DNA of 64,000 nt from Methanobacteriota archaeon. GTDB lineage: Archaea > Thermoplasmatota > Thermoplasmata > SG8-5 > JAGLSY01. Below are positions 57,739-64,000 of this stretch, piece after piece. The DNA is taken from NCBI GenBank assembly GCA_020696385.1, contig JAEHCQ010000003.1, positions 185,674 to 249,673 on the forward strand. The letters are read 5' to 3'. Made by a program: the position numbers and the translations under genes. The notes beneath the pieces are model-generated. The model was not told the origin of the DNA and searched no databases. It was given only the letters and a program-made list of their open reading frames with translations. Position 1 is the first letter of the stretch, and every line of letters begins with the position of its first letter.

Positions 57739-58941
57739 TTAATGATGATGTTCCTCCTCCGGGTATTCTTCACCCTCCTGGGTGATCGGTGAAAGCATTC
57801 TCAGCCTATCAATTGTTTTCTTGGTGGCATCAGCCACTACTTTGACATCCTCTGGCTTGTTCTCATGCCCGAGTGTCAATACCATCGAGCCGTGTGCTTG
57901 CTCATGTGTCAATCCCGTTGCCAGAAGCACATGAGATGCCTCCAATGTCTTGGAAGAGCAAGCAGAACCCGTGGATATCTGCACACCCTGAAAGTCCATC
58001 ATAAGCAAAATGCTTTCTCCCTCTATGAAACTGAATCTGAAGCTGGCATGATGCGGCAACCTATTTTCTGGATGGCCAGTAAGGAAGGTCTTCTCATTCT
58101 TCAGTATCTCATGAATGAGCTGATCCCTTATCTCTTTCAACCGCTCACTTTCGACTGGCAATTCTTCCTTTGCCAATCTCGCGGCCTCTCCCATTCCAGC
58201 TATTGCGAATATGTTCTCACTGCCCGACCGAAGGCCTCTTTCCTGACCTCCGCCAGGCATCACGGTTTGAATGCGGGTTCCGGTCTTTATGTATAGAGCG
58301 CCAGCACCCTGTGGGCCTCCCAGATCATTGGATGAGAGCGTGAGAAGATCGATGCCCATATCCTGAACATCGATCGGAACCTTTCCAGCCGAAGCAGTCG
58401 CATCAACGTGAAGGTACAAGCCCTTCTCGTGTACTATTTTACTTATCTCTTTTATTGGTTGGATCGTGCCGATCTCATTGTTCGCGTGCATGATGGAGAG
58501 AACAATGGTTTCCTGGGAGATCATTTCCTCCAGCTTGTTCATATCCACTATTCCTGTCGAATCGACCGGGATGAGATCCATCGTGAACCCGCTCTTTGTA
58601 AGATCCTTCAGAGGATTGAGGACCGACATATGCTCGATCGCACTGCCCATCACGTGCTTGCCACGGCCAATATTCCTCATGGCCGTGCCTCTTATCGCGA
58701 TATTATTGGATTCTGTAGCTCCACTGGTGAATATGATAGAAGCCGGCTTTTCAGCATTTATCAGTTCCATAACTTTCTGCCTGGCATCCTCGATAGCTGT
58801 CTTCGCCTCCAGGCCTTGTCTGTGAAGAGCGGATGGATTACCCGCTGTCTTCAGGAAGGGGTAAGCGAATTCCAGCACCCGAGAATCTATGGGTGTTGCC
58901 GATCCGCGATCCATGTAAATTTTACTATTATCCATTTTCAT
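57739..58941 (-). CDS. iscS: IscS/NifS-family protein lacking the PLP-binding lysine
   Basis: GNPS, FTSGATE, ANNEIGTIQP, GGGQERGLRSG, STGSACSS; SSND replaces the S(A/G)HK motif. Confidence 0.9.
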   Translation of the reverse strand: MKMDNSKIYMDRGSATPIDSRVLEFAYPFLKTAGNPSALHRQGLEAKTAIEDARQKVMELINAEKPASIIFTSGATESNNIAIRGTAMRNIGRGKHVMGSAIEHMSVLNPLKDLTKSGFTMDLIPVDSTGIVDMNKLEEMISQETIVLSIMHANNEIGTIQPIKEISKIVHEKGLYLHVDATASAGKVPIDVQDMGIDLLTLSSNDLGGPQGAGALYIKTGTRIQTVMPGGGQERGLRSGSENIFAIAGMGEAARLAKEELPVESERLKEIRDQLIHEILKNEKTFLTGHPENRLPHHASFRFSFIEGESILLMMDFQGVQISTGSACSSKTLEASHVLLATGLTHEQAHGSMVLTLGHENKPEDVKVVADATKKTIDRLRMLSPITQEGEEYPEEEHHH

Positions 58942-58976
58942 ATCCTCCTATCTTCCCCATATTCCTTCCATACCAC

Positions 58977-59339
58977 TCAGAACCACATTGTCGCTCCAGC
59001 ATCCAGTGCCAGATCGTTCAATGTGCCAGCTCCAACTATCTTGAAGCCAGGTCTCAATTCCATGTTTTTATCAGGCAGCATCTGCCGAGATGCATCGCAT
59101 ACCAGCATTTCAACTCCCATTTCGATAGTCTTATCCATCATCTCGGCCAGTGTGGGAAAATCACCCATTTGGATCTTCTCCGCCTCGCCGACCTTGAGTA
59201 TATTGAGTGACTGGCCAAGATAATATACCTTAGCCGGAATGTCCATCATCCTTGCAGTTTGAGCAAGCACGAATGGCGAGTACTGTCTCATCGGGTCATC
59301 CGTTGTCTGAACATACAATAGGAATTTTTCTTCATTCAT
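58977..59339 (-). CDS. DsrE family protein
   Basis: PFVLA..A...VYYLG...GVEMLVC..S...GA...L.....ATMWF DsrE pattern. Confidence 0.8.
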   Translation of the reverse strand: MNEEKFLLYVQTTDDPMRQYSPFVLAQTARMMDIPAKVYYLGQSLNILKVGEAEKIQMGDFPTLAEMMDKTIEMGVEMLVCDASRQMLPDKNMELRPGFKIVGAGTLNDLALDAGATMWF

Positions 59340-59578
59340 TATTTCATCCTCCTGATATAGAAAGTGAGCATGCTTCCATCCTTGCTGAAGTCAACGATCT
59401 CATGCCCTGTTCTCTTTGCCCAGGCCAGTATATCGGATTCCGCAGCCGGATCATCAGCCTCCACCATAAGGATCTGGCCGATCTCAATGCCTAGGATACC
59501 CTCTTTGGTCATGGAAATGGGCATGGGACAATATTGTCCCACACAATCTATCTCGGCATCCGGTTTGATATTATTCAT
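59339..59578 (-). CDS. tusA: TusA/SirA-family sulfur carrier
   Basis: IDCVGQYCPMP, ADDPAAESDI..W...GH. Confidence 0.9.
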   Translation of the reverse strand: MNNIKPDAEIDCVGQYCPMPISMTKEGILGIEIGQILMVEADDPAAESDILAWAKRTGHEIVDFSKDGSMLTFYIRRMK

Positions 59579-59599
59579 ACTTATCCCTTCTCAGAAAGA

Positions 59600-60787
59600 C
59601 TATTCTTCCTGAGCTAATATATATTCTCCCAATTTTTTTCCGACTGCCTTGACTCCGTCAAGCTCTTCTGGATCAGGAATATAATTGATATTGATGCTTT
59701 CTTCAGGTATATCCCATTTCAATTTCTCCATTACCTCGCTTATCTCACCGACTGCCTGGCCACCCCAGCCATAGGATCCAAAGGCGAATCCCACTCTTTT
59801 CTTCGGCCTCAATCCTTTAATGTAGGTCAGGAAAGCACCCATGCTCGGCAACATTCCGTTATTCAGAGTTGGTGATCCCAATAGGATAAGTCGTGAATGC
59901 ATCATTTCCGGAACTATATCGGAAATGTGATTCGTGCCCAGGAACTTGACAGTCGTTGGCAAGCCAGCTTCCATCAGACCTTCCTGCAATTTGTAAGCCA
60001 TCGACTTGGTGGAATTCCACATGGTGTCGTAAACTATCAGAGCGCGCTTTTCGGTCTCATAATTCACCCATTTCTTGTATTCGCCAAGAATATTGGGAAT
60101 AAGCGAGCGCCAGATAATTCCGTGGCATGGAGCTATCATGTCAATCTCGAGACCACCCAGAGCCTTGATAGCATTGGCAGCCTGTGGGCCATAAGGCATG
60201 ACGATATTGGCATAATATTTAGCCGCCTCTTCCTTGAGAACATCCCAACCCAGCTCATCATCGAACCTTTCCGGGCCGGCGATATGCTGACCGAAAGCAT
60301 CGTTCGATAGGAGCAATTTATCTTCCGCAATGTACGTGACCATGGAGTCAGGCCAGTGTACCATCGGAATATGAACAAAGGTCAATGTCTTCTTTCCAAT
60401 GGACATTGATTCCCCGCTCTTGACCACCCGAAGGTTCCAGTCTGCTTTAAAATGCCGTTTAAGCCCCTTCTCACCCTGTGTGGAAGTGATGATCTCCGCA
60501 TTTGGGCAATGCTCCAATATCTTCGGAATAGAGCCAGTATGATCCATCTCCACATGATTGGAAACAATTATATCGATCTTGGATGGATCGATTATCTTGC
60601 TGATACGATCCAACATCTCATCAAATAGGCAGGCCTTGACCGTGTCTATCAATGTGATCTTTTCATCAATTATCAGGTAAGCATTGTATGTCGTACCTCT
60701 CTGCGTGAGGTATCCGTGAAAGTTCCTGATGTCCCAATCTATAACACCAACCCAGTACACACCGGGCTTGATCTCCAGGTTATCCAT
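59600..60787 (-). CDS. fprA: Flavodiiron protein (A-type flavoprotein)
   Basis: GTTYNAYLI, NHVEMDH, HWPD, NDAFGQH, APCHG, FGSYGW. Confidence 0.95.
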   Translation of the reverse strand: MDNLEIKPGVYWVGVIDWDIRNFHGYLTQRGTTYNAYLIIDEKITLIDTVKACLFDEMLDRISKIIDPSKIDIIVSNHVEMDHTGSIPKILEHCPNAEIITSTQGEKGLKRHFKADWNLRVVKSGESMSIGKKTLTFVHIPMVHWPDSMVTYIAEDKLLLSNDAFGQHIAGPERFDDELGWDVLKEEAAKYYANIVMPYGPQAANAIKALGGLEIDMIAPCHGIIWRSLIPNILGEYKKWVNYETEKRALIVYDTMWNSTKSMAYKLQEGLMEAGLPTTVKFLGTNHISDIVPEMMHSRLILLGSPTLNNGMLPSMGAFLTYIKGLRPKKRVGFAFGSYGWGGQAVGEISEVMEKLKWDIPEESININYIPDPEELDGVKAVGKKLGEYILAQEE

Positions 60788-60799
60788 GTAACGGCCCCA

Positions 60800-60958
60800 T
60801 CACTCTTTCTCGAAGACGTCCTTTCCAGCTCCGCACACTGGGCATAACCAGTCATCAGGTAATGCCTCGAATGCTGTGCCTGCGGCTATTCCGCCATCAT
60901 CGTCTCCGTTCTCTGGGTCGTATATATATCCACATACTGTACATCTATATTTATCCAT
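60800..60958 (-). CDS. Rubredoxin
   Basis: [12 protein letters not shown]...[11 protein letters not shown]; AGGAG RBS before ATG 60958. Confidence 0.96.
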   Translation of the reverse strand: MDKYRCTVCGYIYDPENGDDDGGIAAGTAFEALPDDWLCPVCGAGKDVFEKE

Positions 60959-61119
60959 TTTATTCACTCCTTTATCTGATAATTTTATTAGGTAGCTATC
61001 AAATGTCATTTTGATGATCTGATATCTATCCTCTCCCTACTCTCAATGTATGGAGATACAGGATTTAAACATTGTTCCGAATTTTGTTAATAATGGAAAC
61101 GTTTTAGGATACCGTTCCC

Positions 61120-61653
61120 ATGAAGAAAAAAGATTCAAAAAAGGATACTACACCAGCACCGGAATTGAAGTTATCCAGTTACTTGATCGTATCGATCGCC
61201 TTTATTATTTTTATCATCATATTGTATGCCTTCACTCAAGCAGGAGAGGAGCAGGGCGGCGCCCCTCCTGAACCACTGGCCAAGAATGATATCAGCATAT
61301 CGCTAATGAATCCAAGCTTGAATGGAACAGCATTTCAGATCAATGTAACAAATGCTCAGAGCTATACTATTGCTTATGCCGACACTTTCTATTATTACAT
61401 AAATATCTACAAATCGACAGGAGAGAAGATCGAAAGTGTGGCTCATAATGGTTATTGTTATTACGATGACCCGCATTCGATCCTTCCCATCCCTCCTGGC
61501 AAGACATTTGTCATGAATGGCACAGTGGATACAGAAAGCCTGGACAATGGAACTTATTACGTGTCAGTTGATTTCCATCTCAGAGATTATTATGATAATA
61601 TCGTGGTGTATTCATCTCAAAGAAATGTATTCACCGTGGGCATTGATGCATGA
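61120..61653 (+). CDS. Hypothetical membrane-anchored Ig-like protein
   Basis: N-terminal TM; beta-rich ectodomain. Confidence 0.65.
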   Translation: MKKKDSKKDTTPAPELKLSSYLIVSIAFIIFIIILYAFTQAGEEQGGAPPEPLAKNDISISLMNPSLNGTAFQINVTNAQSYTIAYADTFYYYINIYKSTGEKIESVAHNGYCYYDDPHSILPIPPGKTFVMNGTVDTESLDNGTYYVSVDFHLRDYYDNIVVYSSQRNVFTVGIDA

Positions 61654-61735
61654 TGGATCATGGTATATCATTATGATTATGAATAATAGATGATGGAAAC
61701 GATATTAAGGAACGTTTCCTATTCACATAGTAGAG

Positions 61736-62332
61736 GTGGAAGATATGGATAATGATACAGTTATTTTAGAAGAAACAGCTCCAGCGCGAGCTGAGCCAGT
61801 AACCGCGCCAGAAACTCCTGCACCGGCACCAGCTGCCAAGCCAAAGAGTAAAAAAGGGATGATGATCGCAATTGCAGCCGTCGCAGTTGTGGCGATCCTG
61901 CTGATCGCCTTCATACTCATGGCAGATCCTGGAGTGGAAGGTAAATGGATCGCGGAAAAAACAGAGATAATGAACCCAGATGGCAGTGTCAATAGTACCC
62001 ATGTTGTTCCTGATGGTGTGGAAGAATGGATGGAGATAAAATCAGATGGAACCATCATTTATGGCAATAGTACTGAAACACATGATTACAATATTGACAT
62101 CACGTGGGAATATGCAGATGATGGCCAGATAGAGATGACAATGCATTATGACCCAGCCATAATAATACCAAATCAAGTGACCTCAAGCACAGGTACAGTG
62201 TACTGGAACAATGAAACCCTGGAAGAGGAATCTCAAATATACGAATACGAGGTAGAAGAAGACACACTTACACTTGGCTTCCTCACCCCGAGTAATGGCG
62301 TCACTCTTAGAATGACTTACACGAAGGCGTAA
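61736..62332 (+). CDS. Hypothetical membrane-anchored lipocalin-like protein
   Basis: Ala/Pro linker, TM, GVEGKW...DGT...TW...YEV..DTLTL pattern. Confidence 0.65.
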   Translation: MEDMDNDTVILEETAPARAEPVTAPETPAPAPAAKPKSKKGMMIAIAAVAVVAILLIAFILMADPGVEGKWIAEKTEIMNPDGSVNSTHVVPDGVEEWMEIKSDGTIIYGNSTETHDYNIDITWEYADDGQIEMTMHYDPAIIIPNQVTSSTGTVYWNNETLEEESQIYEYEVEEDTLTLGFLTPSNGVTLRMTYTKA

Positions 62333-62369
62333 GTCAGGAGACTGGCTATCCAATATCAATGGTGGAAAG

Positions 62370-62930
62370 ATGAAAATCGAGGATATATATGGCGATCTTC
62401 CTTCTTTGGAGACAGATAGGCTAATACTTCGAAAGCTGACATTGGAAGATGCAAAGGATGTATTCGAATATGCATGTGAGCCAGATGTTGCCAGATTCCT
62501 CACCTGGGAACCCCACAGATCGATCGATGATTCAATGGGTTTCCTCAATTTTATGATCGGCAAATATGAAGGCAAGGAAGTTGCTGATTGGGGTATTGTT
62601 TTAAAAGAAAGCAACAAGCTGATCGGAACAGTGGGATTCATTCGCTGGTCTCCTGAGAATTTTCGCGCGGAAGTTGGCTACGCTCTATCAAAAGAATATT
62701 GGAGCCAGGGTATAATGACCGAAGCCGTGAAAGAGATAATGAAATTCGGATTTGACAAGATGGAATTGAATCGGATCGAGGGAAGGACCTGGGTTGAGAA
62801 TATAGGTTCCCAAGCCGTATTAAAAAAAGCTGGCATGACCTTTGAAGGAACGATGAGAGAGCAGGTATTCATAAAAGGCAAATATATCGATCATACCCTA
62901 TATTCGATTCTGAAAAAGGAGTATGTGTGA
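62370..62930 (+). CDS. GNAT acetyltransferase, RimJ/RimL family
   Basis: LETDRLILR, AEVGYAL..YWSQGIMTEA, NIGSQAVLKKAG. Confidence 0.92.
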   Translation: MKIEDIYGDLPSLETDRLILRKLTLEDAKDVFEYACEPDVARFLTWEPHRSIDDSMGFLNFMIGKYEGKEVADWGIVLKESNKLIGTVGFIRWSPENFRAEVGYALSKEYWSQGIMTEAVKEIMKFGFDKMELNRIEGRTWVENIGSQAVLKKAGMTFEGTMREQVFIKGKYIDHTLYSILKKEYV

Positions 62931-63004
62931 ATAGAAAGAAGAAAAATGGTGGAAGGGTTGAAACAAAAATAGGTCAAAACCCTTCTGCATTCTTATTACT
63001 CAGA

Positions 63005-63916
63005 TCATTTAACACTGCCGTCGATCTTGATAATGTGCTTGACATAAGGGATCTCAATACCTGCTTTTTTCATGGCCAGTGTTACCACGTTCTCCATCCC
63101 GAAGCAACAGGGCACTTCCATCATCAGGATGGTTATGTCCTTTATCGAATTAAGACGGAATATCTCGGCCAGTTTATCAACATACTGGCTGGCATCATCG
63201 AGCTTGGGGCATCCTATTATGGTGACCTTGTCCTTGATAAAATCCTGGTGCATGTTCGGGTAAGCGAAGCCAACACAATCTGCGGCCAGAAGCAGACTGG
63301 CATTCTTCAGATACGGGGCATTGATGTTCAGCAGTTTGAGCTGAACCGGCCAGGTGGTGAGAGTGGAGCTGGCACGGACATCATTATCCTCACATTTGCA
63401 ACTGTCATGACCGTGTTCGTGACTATGACCTTGGCCATGTTGATGTTCACCTTGAGGCGCGATGCCAGTGATCTTCATGGTGCGCGGTTCTTCCCCAGGA
63501 CAGGTGGCACAGGCAGATGAGGTGACCTCTGCCTGTTCCTGTGGCTCCGAGTTATATCCGATATCCGGCACATCTAACCCATGCTCCTTGAGATAATCTA
63601 TCGCGATGTCTAGGAATTCTAATTCCTTGTGATCCAGCATGTGCTGAAGGTGGGCTTTGATCGTGTTCGCGCCCTGCTTGACCACATTCTGCATCACTCT
63701 TCGCTCATCATACTCTTCCGCTTCCCTTTTTTCTATTGTTATCGCACCCTCTGGACAGTGTCCGATGCAAGCACCCAGACCATCACAGAACAGGTCGCTT
63801 ATCATTCTGGCTTTTTCATCGATTATCTGCAACGCACCCTCTGGACAATTGGGGATGCATATCCCACAGCCTGTGCATTTTTCCTCGTCTATTTTGATTA
63901 TCTCTCTCACTACCAA
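63005..63916 (-). CDS. 4Fe-4S dicluster protein with C-terminal Fe-S domain (hcp-associated type)
   Basis: CTGCGICIPNCP, CDGLGACIGHCP, WPVQL, AADC, GCPKLD, MEVPCC; His-rich linker. Confidence 0.85.
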   Translation of the reverse strand: MVVREIIKIDEEKCTGCGICIPNCPEGALQIIDEKARMISDLFCDGLGACIGHCPEGAITIEKREAEEYDERRVMQNVVKQGANTIKAHLQHMLDHKELEFLDIAIDYLKEHGLDVPDIGYNSEPQEQAEVTSSACATCPGEEPRTMKITGIAPQGEHQHGQGHSHEHGHDSCKCEDNDVRASSTLTTWPVQLKLLNINAPYLKNASLLLAADCVGFAYPNMHQDFIKDKVTIIGCPKLDDASQYVDKLAEIFRLNSIKDITILMMEVPCCFGMENVVTLAMKKAGIEIPYVKHIIKIDGSVK

Positions 63917-63925
63917 ATTATCACC

Positions 63926-64000
63926 TCATTCGCCCTTCATCATTGCTGCAAGGTCCTCGTCCACATCACCGATGAGCTTCAGGTCGAAATTATCCTGAAG
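63926..64000 (-). CDS. hcp: C-terminus of a probable hybrid cluster protein (truncated by window edge)
   Basis: LQDNFDLKLIGDVDEDLAAMMKGE* resembles Hcp C-termini; neighbour and stress-cluster context fit. Confidence 0.6.
   Translation of the reverse strand, partial: LQDNFDLKLIGDVDEDLAAMMKGE

Noticed and set aside
58408-59223. 271-aa plus-strand ORF
   Set aside because: Antisense to iscS/dsrE with no recognisable features.

Overview
This is an archaeal chromosomal window, most likely from an anaerobic Thermoplasmatota/Thermoplasmata sediment lineage. The inference rests on split guaAA/guaAB, PAN, MBF1, rpl10e, a class II HMG-CoA reductase, GGTGA/GGAGG ribosome-binding sites and many CARDB/PKD surface proteins. 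Contents: (i) large cell-surface proteins, including an M14 carboxypeptidase-clostripain (C11) fusion with both catalytic sets intact; (ii) housekeeping genes (guaAA, guaAB, purE, purM, pyrG, dusB, rpl10e, pan, mbf1, FKBP, meaB, HMG-CoA reductase) and tRNA-Asp(GTC); (iii) an AT-rich ATPase+TOPRIM two-gene island next to an unannotated transposase remnant; (iv) an oxidative/nitrosative stress and Fe-S cluster (hcp, rubredoxin, fprA, tusA, dsrE, iscS, iscU, dfx, ferritins, peroxiredoxins). The most notable observations are: an IscS whose PLP lysine is replaced by Asp, encoded next to TusA and DsrE sulfur carriers; orphan copies of gene termini beside their genes (two extra guaAA 3' ends, one differing only at synonymous coding sites, an RDD 3' end plus terminator, and a tRNA 5' end); a dispersed ~170-200 nt non-coding element present twice; several highly structured intergenic RNA candidates, including a covarying tandem hairpin in the rpl10e leader and a 314-nt element closed by 16-bp inverted repeats; and a 91-bp ungapped promoter module present twice. 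All calls were made by eye from motifs; no database searches were run.
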